27,435 nt of DNA. Source: a virus. Its lineage: Duplodnaviria; Caudoviricetes. Position 1 is the first letter of the stretch. The number at the start of each line of letters is the position of its first letter. Shown piece after piece: positions 7,195 through 15,103 of the stretch. The notes below the pieces were generated by a model. The model ran no database searches. It had not been told where the DNA came from and saw only the letters and a program-made list of their open reading frames with translations. The position numbers were made by a program, and so were the translations under genes. Location of the stretch: positions 1 to 27,435 of IMG/VR virus record IMGVR_UViG_3300020044_005099, one strand, 5' to 3'.

Positions 7195-10100
7195 ACGACT
7201 GCCCTCGTGTCTAAGCCGTCCATCTCTACGCGCTGCAATGTGTCAGCAGTCTTGGCTGTGTGCTTGGCTGTTGATTCTTGAGCGCTCAGAATTTGATTCA
7301 GTAAGTTTACCATCTCTTGCGAGATTGGCTCGCCATTTGTTGTATATCTATCCGGCATTGTTGGCGGCACCCACACGCGACCGCCAGGCTTTGCGATCTC
7401 AACAATCTGCTGACCAACTTGAACAATTGCTGCCTCAACTCGGTTGATTGCCGCGACTTGCTCTGATGCTACACCTAAGCCTAGCTCATTGGCTGCATTC
7501 ATCGCTGCATAGAATTCAATAAGTGCTTGGTCAATAGTCAGCAATCTATCATCAACACCAAGCAGCGCATTCAGCTGTTTCTGAGCTTCAGTTAACTGCT
7601 CATCAATCTTGCCAACTTGCTCATCGTGGAGTTTTTGCGCAGTCTCTGCCGCAAGGTCTAGCTTGGCGAGTTGCGCAATGTAATATTCATCAGCTGCAGT
7701 CGCTTGGTATTCAATCCATTGCAGCTGCGATTTGGCACCACCCATCGCACCGCCGACAATGCCCTGAATGCCTGCCGCTTGATTGCGAGCAATAGCCATT
7801 GCGCGGTTTTGCTCAAATGCCGAGCTAAAGCCTGCTGAGCCTGAGCTAGATACGCCAGAAAGCACAGATGATAAACGCGAAGAGTCTGGCAGCAATCCCG
7901 CCTTGGCTTCGTTGTAAATCATCGCAAGCTCTTTAAATGGATTGGCTTGCGTGCCGGTATCGGACAAGAAACCGGTCAGAATGTCGTTAAGACCTTCGAG
8001 CTTGTTGACGTACTGCTCGACAGCTTTACCTTGCTCTTGATAACCGTCAATCACAGAATCGCGCTGCTGCTTCAACAGGTCTTTTTCTGCGTTAATTGCT
8101 TCGAGTTTTAAATCTAGCTCAGTGCCTAACCGGTCTTTTTCGCGCTGTGCAGACTCTTGCAGTTTGCCAAATGCGTTTTGTGCTGCATCGATTGCCGCTG
8201 ATGCCGCATCTCTTGCCGATTGCGCAGCTGCGTCCTGTGCTGATGCAAGCTCACGCTGAGCCGCCGCAGCATCTTCTGCCGCATAGATTTGCAGGAGTAA
8301 AGCCCGCAGCGTTTCGTCAGTTGCGTCTAGCTCCATCTGTCGGCGCAAAGCCAACGCCTCAGCAGACTGCCCGAGCGCATCATACAGGCGCAATTGCAAG
8401 TCTAATCCTTGCGCTTTCAGTGCTGCTGCTTTGGCTTCAGCTTCTTTTCGTGCTGCTTCTGCTGCATCTTCCGATGCTTGGCGTTGCGCCTCTAAAGCGG
8501 ATAAGTATTGGTCCATTCCTGGAACTAACTTCATCAGCTCCGCAAACATCTTCTGACCGGCTTCGGATGTCAAATCTAAGCCATCCACAAGCGCCCTGAA
8601 GCCTTCGCGGGTATCAGGCATGGTGACATTCAGCGCAGCAAACGATTCGCTTAGCTGCGCTAACAAATTAGCCTGTTGTTCAGCATCTGAGTAAAACGCG
8701 GAGTAATACTGACTGGTTAGCGCTGACAGCTGCTCAAGACCGCCAGCAAGCTCAACGATGTTGGTCGCTGCAACCATCGCAGCTTTGCCGGTCAGTCCAA
8801 AGTTAACGCCGAGCACATCGGTGACACCTTTGACAGCCTGCATGTTCATTGCCAGGCGGTTGACTGTATCGACTACGCCTTCACCTTCTTTCTGCAATCC
8901 ATCTAGTGAATCGCCGAAAACGGCATTGACCAAACCTTCAGTTGTGGATCCAACCCATGCAGCAATGGCATCCTGAATTTCCGCCTCTGTCTTGTCTTTA
9001 ATGTCGATATTGACTGATGAGGCAAAGCCTTTAATTACTGCGTCAGCACCTTCAATGCCGAATGTTGTCGCAGCCGCTAAAAGTGATTCGCTGATTGCAT
9101 CGAATGCGTCATCAATGGCAGATGCGTCATAACCTGATGTTGATGTGCGGCGTTTTGTGCCGCGGAACAGGGATTTTTTGCGGCTCTCTTCTGTAGTGAT
9201 TGAGCCGGTAATATCTCCGCCACCTAATGACAGCCCGAGCGATTGACCGGTAGTTTTAAACGATGTGCCAAACAGACCGCCGCCCGACAACTTCTGGATG
9301 CCAGCCAATGCCGCGCCAAGACCGGCAATGATAGGCGTTGCCATGCCAAGACCAGCCATGATATTGCCAGAGCCAAGCAGTGAGCCTGCACCGCTAAACA
9401 GCGTGCCGAATTGACCAGCGCCAACCAATGCGCCGCCGCCCATTAAGCCGCCGCCGAATGAGCCACCGATTAAACTTCCAAGTCCGGTAATGCCGCCGCC
9501 AATACTGCCGAGCAGCCCAAGGCCGGATGCAGCGCCACCAATGCTTGATGCGCTAGCGCCACCAGGTAACATACCACCCATACCCATGCTAATCATAATT
9601 GGGCGGGTTAAAGCCATGTGTGCCATTTCAGCCAACATCCGCTTGAATGCGTTTTTCATGCCGTCAACGACAGATTCGAAGCCGTCGAAAGCATTCATCC
9701 ATGCATCTGCAAATGCTTCCTCTATGCGCTCTGCGGCTTTTTCGCTGATTGATACTGCGCGCTTGTTGTCTTGGTCAAATGTGTCAACACCTTCTGACCA
9801 TTCATCCATGAGCTTTTCTGCGGCTTTTGCGCGGTTTTGATATACCTCTGTCAGCATATCTTCGCCGCCAAAAGCATCTTCCATTTCAGCTTCTAGCTTG
9901 GCAATGCGGCGGATTTGCTCCTCAACTTCTTTGCCGGCTTTCTGCCAGCGGATCAACTCATCAACTTGAGCTGATAATTCTGGCGTCAACTGTTTTGCAG
10001 AGTCGAAGCCAAGCTCGAAAGCCAAGGCTAGCTTCTGCGCGGCAGCTTCGCCGTTGACGAATTCTTCTTTAGCCAGCATTGCCTGCTGAGTTAATTCTTT

Positions 10101-11885
10101 GAGCTTGTCTTTTGCAGATGCAGCACCGACACCACCATCAGACAGCGAATCAGCTAACAGCTTGGCTGTATCAGCAGCGGTGATGCCATCGGTTGCTAAT
10201 TTGTTGATGGTGACGATAAAGTCAGCCAGCTCTTTGTCTGACATCTTCGCAGCTTGTGCTGTTTGCAGTAGGTATTCGCGGGCCTTGTTGATGCCTTCAG
10301 GTGATTTCGCCTCACCCATTGCCTTAATAGCTTTGAGTACATCAATACCCAATTGCTCAGCAGCTTTGCCAGTTTGGCCGAATTTCTCGCCGATTTCTGT
10401 AACTGTTTCAGTGAACGCCTTGCTACGACCGCCGCCAAAGTAACCGAATTGAAGATTAAGCTCTTTCATTGCGTCGGATACATCGTACAAGCCATACCCA
10501 GCGCCAGTCAGTGAATCGACCATATCAGCAGCCGCTTTTGACGCAAGCGTCATTGCTTCGGCGGATTTAATCATTACAGCCTGGAGTTGCGCTTTTGCGG
10601 CAAGGTCTGATTGCTTGGCTAATTCTTTAATCTCGTTGGTGAGCTGCAATACGCCATCTTCGTTACGCTCTGCCGCCTCACCTAAAGCATCCATTGCCGT
10701 TGCGAGCTTTTCCGCATTGGTTTTGCTGTCCATTAGTGACGGGGCGAGCACCATACCAGCAACACCAGCGACAGCGATTAACGCACCTACAATCGCACCA
10801 GTCGGCCCAAATGCTGATGCCATCTGAGAGCCTTGCTGCGACAGAATCATAAAGGCATTAGCGCCCATCTGAGCCTGTACGATGGTATCTTGAAGCTGAT
10901 AGCCGAATGACTGCATTGCACCGCGAGCGCCACCATAAGCGCCACCCATCTGAGAAGTCGCCAATGCGTTAGCTTTTGCAGCAGCCGCTGAGCGCTCATA
11001 CGCTTCGATTTTGTCAATAGCTGCAACAATGGCTTGTTTATCGGCCTGAGTCGCCCCGAGCTGATTGGCTTTGTATAGCGCAAGCTCTTTGCTTGTCATT
11101 CCAAGCATGCCGACTTGCTCTGTCAGTGATGATGTCATCGCCTTGATAGCTGCCAGCCTTTGCTGTTCAGATGCTAATGCGTTTGCCGTAGCGGCTTGGC
11201 TTTTTCTTGTCGCTTCAATTTCTTGTTGTAGCGCAGAAATCAGGCGCATAGATTCAGATGACGCGCCATTCTTTGCGGCTTGATAGCGCTGCATTTCGGC
11301 TGCTGTCATGCCGAGAGTTTCTTTCTCTTCCTGTAACGACTTAACGATAGAATCAACAGACTGCTGCATTCTCATCGAATCAGCCGCAGATTCAGCAGTC
11401 GCTTTACTTGCTTGCTCATATGCGTTTATTTTTGCATACATGGCTGACAATGCTTTCTGGTCTGCATCTGTCGCACCTAATTGAGCGGCCTTGTAAAGTA
11501 AAAGCTCCTTCTGTGACATCCCGAGGGTTTCGGTTTGCTCGCGCATTGCGCTCATTAGCGCAGTCAACCCGCTGATTCTGCGCTTTTCTTCTTCATTTAG
11601 TTTTTTGAGGTAATCAATATCATCCTGAAGCGCCTCTATCATTTTGCGCTCAGCATCGGTAGCGCCTGCCATTGCAGCAGTCCTACTTGCGAGCTGCGAG
11701 TTTGTCTGACCTATTTGGTCATATTCTTTGCGCATGGTTGATATTAAGAGTTGAGCGGCTGTCTCTTGCTTTTTCGTAGACGCCTCAGCTTTTAAGCCAG
11801 CCTTTTCTAATGATGCTAAAGCCTTATCAATTTTCAGCAGGTCGGTAGTATCTGCGGCGAAGCCAATCTGCGCTAAAGTATCCAT
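7191..11885 (-). CDS. Tail tape measure protein
   Basis: 1564 aa, Ala-rich helical; lambda-H-like GYQLQD..VQ.QMG....ILSQQGSQ segment; Gly-rich hydrophobic stretches; follows tail chaperones. Confidence 0.95.
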   Translation of the reverse strand: MDTLAQIGFAADTTDLLKIDKALASLEKAGLKAEASTKKQETAAQLLISTMRKEYDQIGQTNSQLASRTAAMAGATDAERKMIEALQDDIDYLKKLNEEEKRRISGLTALMSAMREQTETLGMSQKELLLYKAAQLGATDADQKALSAMYAKINAYEQASKATAESAADSMRMQQSVDSIVKSLQEEKETLGMTAAEMQRYQAAKNGASSESMRLISALQQEIEATRKSQAATANALASEQQRLAAIKAMTSSLTEQVGMLGMTSKELALYKANQLGATQADKQAIVAAIDKIEAYERSAAAAKANALATSQMGGAYGGARGAMQSFGYQLQDTIVQAQMGANAFMILSQQGSQMASAFGPTGAIVGALIAVAGVAGMVLAPSLMDSKTNAEKLATAMDALGEAAERNEDGVLQLTNEIKELAKQSDLAAKAQLQAVMIKSAEAMTLASKAAADMVDSLTGAGYGLYDVSDAMKELNLQFGYFGGGRSKAFTETVTEIGEKFGQTGKAAEQLGIDVLKAIKAMGEAKSPEGINKAREYLLQTAQAAKMSDKELADFIVTINKLATDGITAADTAKLLADSLSDGGVGAASAKDKLKELTQQAMLAKEEFVNGEAAAQKLALAFELGFDSAKQLTPELSAQVDELIRWQKAGKEVEEQIRRIAKLEAEMEDAFGGEDMLTEVYQNRAKAAEKLMDEWSEGVDTFDQDNKRAVSISEKAAERIEEAFADAWMNAFDGFESVVDGMKNAFKRMLAEMAHMALTRPIMISMGMGGMLPGGASASSIGGAASGLGLLGSIGGGITGLGSLIGGSFGGGLMGGGALVGAGQFGTLFSGAGSLLGSGNIMAGLGMATPIIAGLGAALAGIQKLSGGGLFGTSFKTTGQSLGLSLGGGDITGSITTEESRKKSLFRGTKRRTSTSGYDASAIDDAFDAISESLLAAATTFGIEGADAVIKGFASSVNIDIKDKTEAEIQDAIAAWVGSTTEGLVNAVFGDSLDGLQKEGEGVVDTVNRLAMNMQAVKGVTDVLGVNFGLTGKAAMVAATNIVELAGGLEQLSALTSQYYSAFYSDAEQQANLLAQLSESFAALNVTMPDTREGFRALVDGLDLTSEAGQKMFAELMKLVPGMDQYLSALEAQRQASEDAAEAARKEAEAKAAALKAQGLDLQLRLYDALGQSAEALALRRQMELDATDETLRALLLQIYAAEDAAAAQRELASAQDAAAQSARDAASAAIDAAQNAFGKLQESAQREKDRLGTELDLKLEAINAEKDLLKQQRDSVIDGYQEQGKAVEQYVNKLEGLNDILTGFLSDTGTQANPFKELAMIYNEAKAGLLPDSSRLSSVLSGVSSSGSAGFSSAFEQNRAMAIARNQAAGIQGIVGGAMGGAKSQLQWIEYQATAADEYYIAQLAKLDLAAETAQKLHDEQVGKIDEQLTEAQKQLNALLGVDDRLLTIDQALIEFYAAMNAANELGLGVASEQVAAINRVEAAIVQVGQQIVEIAKPGGRVWVPPTMPDRYTTNGEPISQEMVNLLNQILSAQESTAKHTAKTADTLQRVEMDGLDTRAVV
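10995..11750 (-). repeat. Four ~55-65-aa imperfect repeats in the TMP N-terminus (L.EQ.E.LGM...EL..YKA.QLGAT.AD)
   Basis: DQIGQTNSQLASRTAAMAGATDAE / ETLGMSQKELLLYKAAQLGATDAD / ETLGMTAAEMQRYQAAKNGASSES / GMLGMTSKELALYKANQLGATQAD; boundaries approximate. Confidence 0.8.
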
Positions 11886-11911
11886 GAACAGCCCTCAAGA
11901 GTCTTTGGCAC

Positions 11912-11960
11912 AGTATAGCTTAGTGGTCGGTCCACTTAAAGGCTTGTGGCGTGCTAGCAT
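11912..11960. promoter_or_regulatory. Divergent promoter pair (TMP on minus, moron on plus) around palindrome AGTGGTCGGTCCACT
   Basis: Minus -10 TATACT (11917-11912); palindrome 11922-11936; plus extended -10 TG-C-TAGCAT (11952-11960). Confidence 0.6.
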
Positions 11961-11984
11961 AAATTATCAACATAAGGAGTACAT

Positions 11985-12296
11985 ATGAAAAAGTTTATTA
12001 TCGTGCCATTGGCATTTTTTGCTTTTAACGCATTTGCAAACTGCCAATTAATATCATCACTGTCATCAGCCGTAATGAAGGCAAGGCAAGCGGGAGTCAG
12101 CAAGGAGTATTTGGTTATGCGTGCTTCTGATGCACCTGAGAGCATAAAGCCTCTTTATTTGGGCTTGATTGATGATGCATACAAAACTCCTGTAATGAAG
12201 TCAAAAGAAGATGCGGATCGCGAAGTGCGCAAATATGAAGGCGAAATGCTTGCTCTTTGCGTTGGCGGTTTACTGAAAAACAAAAAGCCTCACTAG
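11985..12296 (+). CDS. Secreted/periplasmic moron protein, antisense to the tail operon
   Basis: AAGGAG RBS; signal peptide MKKFIIVPLAFFAFNAFA; two Cys near the ends of the mature chain; own promoter candidate. Confidence 0.8.
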   Translation: MKKFIIVPLAFFAFNAFANCQLISSLSSAVMKARQAGVSKEYLVMRASDAPESIKPLYLGLIDDAYKTPVMKSKEDADREVRKYEGEMLALCVGGLLKNKKPH

Positions 12297-12302
12297 GAGG
12301 CT
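12276..12302 (-). terminator. Intrinsic terminator after the tail chaperone fusion
   Basis: Minus AGCCTC-CTAGT-GAGGCT followed by TTTTGTTTTT; the convergent TAG stops overlap in CTAG within the loop. Confidence 0.65.
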
Positions 12303-12706
12303 CTCATCATCGCTTTCATGCGCTTGGCGTTAATCGCTTGGATTTCCTTCAGCTTGTCATCATCTGGAATAATCGGCGGGTCAATCTTGTTATCTTGACT
12401 CGTTTTGCTGTACCAGTTGCAGTAGGCGTTAGACATTGCACGTAATGCGCCAAACTCCCATGATTCTGCATCAGTGCCGGATAAGTCAGACCACGCTTTT
12501 ATCTCTGACCAGTTCAGCGGCTCAGGTCCGTTTAATCCGCGAGCATACCAACCCAAATCACTAAACCAGCCGGCTATGTATTCGCAAGGCGCTTCAGGAA
12601 GCCACGCGGCATCGCCGTAAATATCTCTAAAAGTGTCGTGCGAATCCTTGTGCGGCGCATGAAGCCAGCCGTAATAGCCAGCCCATGCGCACAGGTCTTG
12701 CGTTAC
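12293..12706 (-). CDS. Tail assembly chaperone C-terminal extension (gpT-like), reached by -1 frameshift; fusion about 282 aa
   Basis: -1 frame is open from the slippery site (VTQDLCAWAGYYGWLH...) through the 12293..12556 ORF; PLNWSEIKAWSDL motif typical of GT-type chaperones. Confidence 0.85.
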   Translation of the reverse strand, partial: VTQDLCAWAGYYGWLHAPHKDSHDTFRDIYGDAAWLPEAPCEYIAGWFSDLGWYARGLNGPEPLNWSEIKAWSDLSGTDAESWEFGALRAMSNAYCNWYSKTSQDNKIDPPIIPDDDKLKEIQAINAKRMKAMMRAS

Positions 12707-13140
12707 TTTTTTAAGTAGTTATTCCGGTCGCTGATGAACTTATCGACCTGCTCATAAACGACTGGGTATTTTCCGTAAAACTCAATCGCCTGCTCTTGGC
12801 TAAACTTCTCTTTGAAGTTTTCCCAGCCCTGAGTCAGTTCAGCGACAAACTCAATATTGATTTTGCGCAACGCTTCAACGTCAGATTCAGTCGGCAATGC
12901 GTCTTTGTGGCGCTTCTTGTTGATAACATCTTGCTTGCGGATTTTAGCCAGCAACGCTTTACGAGCTTGCTTGGAGTCAGCACCATACAGGCGAATCAAC
13001 AAAGGCTTGGTTTCGTCATCAACTTTCTGACCATCTACCAGCTTTGGCAGATAGCACAAACGACCATCAGGGAAAGCAATGTGCAGCTCTGAAACATCGT
13101 TCAGTTGCAGGGCGGAAAAATCAAAATCTAAATCAGACAT
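12703..13140 (-). CDS. Tail assembly chaperone (gpG-like), 145 aa from MSDLDFDF
   Basis: GAGG RBS before ATG 13140 (track start 13230 is likely too long); IRLYGADS, GWEN, EQVDKFI.DR.NY motifs; between major tail and TMP. Confidence 0.88.
   Translation of the reverse strand: MSDLDFDFSALQLNDVSELHIAFPDGRLCYLPKLVDGQKVDDETKPLLIRLYGADSKQARKALLAKIRKQDVINKKRHKDALPTESDVEALRKINIEFVAELTQGWENFKEKFSQEQAIEFYGKYPVVYEQVDKFISDRNNYLKK
12706..12712 (-). promoter_or_regulatory. Programmed -1 ribosomal frameshift site A-AAA-AAG
   Basis: TTA AAA AAG TAA at the end of the chaperone gene. Confidence 0.85.
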
Positions 13141-13237
13141 GGTAACCTCATCAGTAGTTACATCCATTAAATTAGGTGGCAGGCGGTGGATGAATCCGCT
13201 TTTCCCGCACGTTACGGTAGCCAAAATCATTGTAAAT

Positions 13238-13262
13238 AAAAAAGGCTGGATTTACCAGCCTT
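13238..13262 (-). terminator. Intrinsic terminator after the major tail/116-aa genes
   Basis: AAGGCTGG-TAAAT-CCAGCCTT followed by TTTT. Confidence 0.85.
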
Positions 13263-13280
13263 CTTCTTTTCAGCTCAGTA

Positions 13281-13631
13281 TTAAAACTCTAGCAGCGAGC
13301 AAACCAAGCCTGTGCCGGATGTGATCGCAATAGTGCCTTGCAGGTATGCGCTGACAGTTTCCAGCGGGATGGCTTTCACAACGCCAGCAGCGATAGAGCC
13401 GACAGCGTAGCCGCCTGACACATCCAAACTGACAGCGCCAGGCACAGGCACAGTAGTCGATGCACTGCCGTCAATCACCGGAGACAAAGCACCGGCAGTT
13501 GCGTTACGGATAACCAGCACCGGATTGCGCGAAGCGTTGTAAACGAAAGTATCAGCAGTGCCGGTCAGAGTTACTTCAGTAACTGTGCGCTGACCGGAGC
13601 CTTGCATATTGGTTGCGGTAATCGTAGCCAT
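13281..13631 (-). CDS. Putative virion structural protein (tail accessory/decoration)
   Basis: Thr/Gly/Val-rich beta composition; starts 1 nt after the major tail stop with GAGG RBS; same transcription unit. Confidence 0.6.
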   Translation of the reverse strand: MATITATNMQGSGQRTVTEVTLTGTADTFVYNASRNPVLVIRNATAGALSPVIDGSASTTVPVPGAVSLDVSGGYAVGSIAAGVVKAIPLETVSAYLQGTIAITSGTGLVCSLLEF

Positions 13632-13632
13632 A

Positions 13633-14073
13633 TTATACCTCTACGATTGGTTTATTGAACTCAAGCTGCATTGAGGTGCCAACCATTGAGTTTGCGCCGC
13701 CAGGGTTTTTGCTTGAGCTAAACGCCTTGCCGTAGGTGTAATCAGTAGAACCGTCTTGATAGACGATTTTGATTGATAACAGCGCAGTAGCAGACAGCAC
13801 GTTTGCACGCAGCAGGTCTTGGCCGGCGTCAGCAGCGTCATAAGCGCCATCAACAGCAACAGAGCCGTAGTTGATGAATCCTGAGTATTTCTCGGTAACG
13901 CCGGTCGCCAATGGTTCATGCGTCACAACTTGACGCTGCGGGCCATAAGCTGGAATTGTGGTTACTTGTTTTACTTCAGTATACGTTAATGCGGCATAGC
14001 CTACAGCGTCGAAAGTAGCCGGAGTCGATGCAGAGACGTATAGTTTTGTCTCGGTGCTGGTCATTACGCTCAT
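13633..14073 (-). CDS. Major tail (tube) protein
   Basis: Position after tail terminator; motifs TIPAYG....VTH.PLATG.TEKY.G.INYG and DAGQ.LLR; GAGG RBS. Confidence 0.9.
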   Translation of the reverse strand: MSVMTSTETKLYVSASTPATFDAVGYAALTYTEVKQVTTIPAYGPQRQVVTHEPLATGVTEKYSGFINYGSVAVDGAYDAADAGQDLLRANVLSATALLSIKIVYQDGSTDYTYGKAFSSSKNPGGANSMVGTSMQLEFNKPIVEV

Positions 14074-14116
14074 ATTAAACCTCTTAAAAGTGAATTGATT
14101 GCAATCATCCGCATAC

Positions 14117-14160
14117 AGTATAAGTGGTCAGTCCACTGCAAGCAAACTTTATGCTAAGCT
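14117..14160. promoter_or_regulatory. Divergent promoter pair around palindrome AGTGGTCAGTCCACT
   Basis: Minus TTGCTT-17-TATACT toward the major tail gene; palindrome 14123-14137; plus extended -10 TG-C-TAAGCT (14152-14160). Confidence 0.6.
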
Positions 14161-14166
14161 CAGTAT

Positions 14167-14300
14167 TCCTATGGCACATGGGAGCGTCATCGTTAACTGA
14201 GTACTCCTTGCTCGCTGTTGTGCGATGGGTAACGGTAAATGTGCAAGCCAAGTCGTACAGGTCTTTTCAGGAGCTAGCCACTCCGGCGGTTCGGCTAGTT
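14167..14300 (+). ncRNA. Candidate structured small RNA antisense to the late operon
   Basis: Lies in a ~220-nt gap in otherwise gene-dense DNA; downstream of an extended -10; several stems, ending in GCTAGCC...GGCTAGT; no ORF with a good RBS. Confidence 0.35.
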
Positions 14301-14699
14301 AACCACGGTATACCGAATCACTACACCAGTTTGATACCACTCGCCATCAATAAAGCCAGTCTCTCTATCAGATTGCTCAATGCGGACTTTCTGCCCGCCT
14401 TCTGTCAAAACCAAGCCACGCGGAAAGCCTGCGATAATTGTATCGATATGAGCTAATGCATTGAACTTGCCGTTATTCTTTGGCACGAAAACGCCAACTC
14501 TATAAAGACCGTCTTGACGCTGAAAACCATCAGCAGTCAATGCAGGCGCTTGCGTCATGCCGGATAAGTCGGCCTCTCGCATGTAGGCTTGCCCAACTGT
14601 AGGCGTAAAGCTCGCGTTATCCTGCGCAAGTGGCGGCAGTCCGGTTAATGCCTTTAGCCTGTCTAGTAGCGCCTTTGATGTTTTATAGTGGTTAATCAT
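14295..14699 (-). CDS. Tail terminator/completion protein
   Basis: Synteny; DNASFTP, G.YRVGVFVPKNNG, I.AGFPRG and V.IRY motifs. Confidence 0.8.
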   Translation of the reverse strand: MINHYKTSKALLDRLKALTGLPPLAQDNASFTPTVGQAYMREADLSGMTQAPALTADGFQRQDGLYRVGVFVPKNNGKFNALAHIDTIIAGFPRGLVLTEGGQKVRIEQSDRETGFIDGEWYQTGVVIRYTVVN

Positions 14700-15103
14700 T
14701 TCGCTTTAGCTACCTCTTCAGATAAGACGGCAGGAAAGTTATTTACGGCACGCGCAACCATTTTGCTAGACTTGGCTGACCATCCATCCTCTAGCCTCTG
14801 CGCATACGGTAGGCTGTTAGTCATAAAAAAAACCTGCCCAAGCTCCAAGCCGCTGATTGACTTGTAAAGTCGTGTCGTGCTGCCGTTTTTCTCTGCCTGA
14901 CCATCAAAAGTGCCGTCTTTTGTCGATTCATCAGCAGAGCCAAAAGCAAACATCCAGTTAGCAGCAAATCGCCCCGTATCAATCGGCGACTCAACAATAA
15001 TCGATGTACCGGTGCGAATCAGTGACTTGCTAACAACCGTCACAGCCCTGTCATTGCAGAGCTTGCGGAATTCGGTTATCTTGCTGGATAGGTTGGTTAT
15101 CAT
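14696..15103 (-). CDS. Neck/tail completion protein (HK97 gp10-like)
   Basis: SPIDTGRF.ANW and NSLPYAQRLE.GWS motifs; ATG 15103 overlaps upstream stop. Confidence 0.85.
   Translation of the reverse strand: MITNLSSKITEFRKLCNDRAVTVVSKSLIRTGTSIIVESPIDTGRFAANWMFAFGSADESTKDGTFDGQAEKNGSTTRLYKSISGLELGQVFFMTNSLPYAQRLEDGWSAKSSKMVARAVNNFPAVLSEEVAKAK

Noticed and set aside
7052-11283. Many plus-strand ORFs opposite the tape measure gene (and similar ones opposite other late genes)
   Set aside because: Antisense shadows of Ala/Ser-rich coding sequence without RBS or protein-like features
13141-13215. CUGAUGA and GAAA on the minus strand suggesting a hammerhead ribozyme
   Set aside because: Stem II closing pair and the stem III/NUH geometry do not form; treated as a cis-regulatory leader instead
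13281-14073. Possible frameshift fusion of the major tail protein with the 116-aa gene (SPP1 gp17.1*-style)
   Set aside because: No slippery sequence at the junction (GAG GTA TAA T ATG) and the downstream gene has its own GAGG RBS
14124-14456. 110-aa plus-strand ORF in the track
   Set aside because: No RBS, start lies inside the palindrome upstream of the predicted promoter, and half overlaps the tail terminator gene antisense
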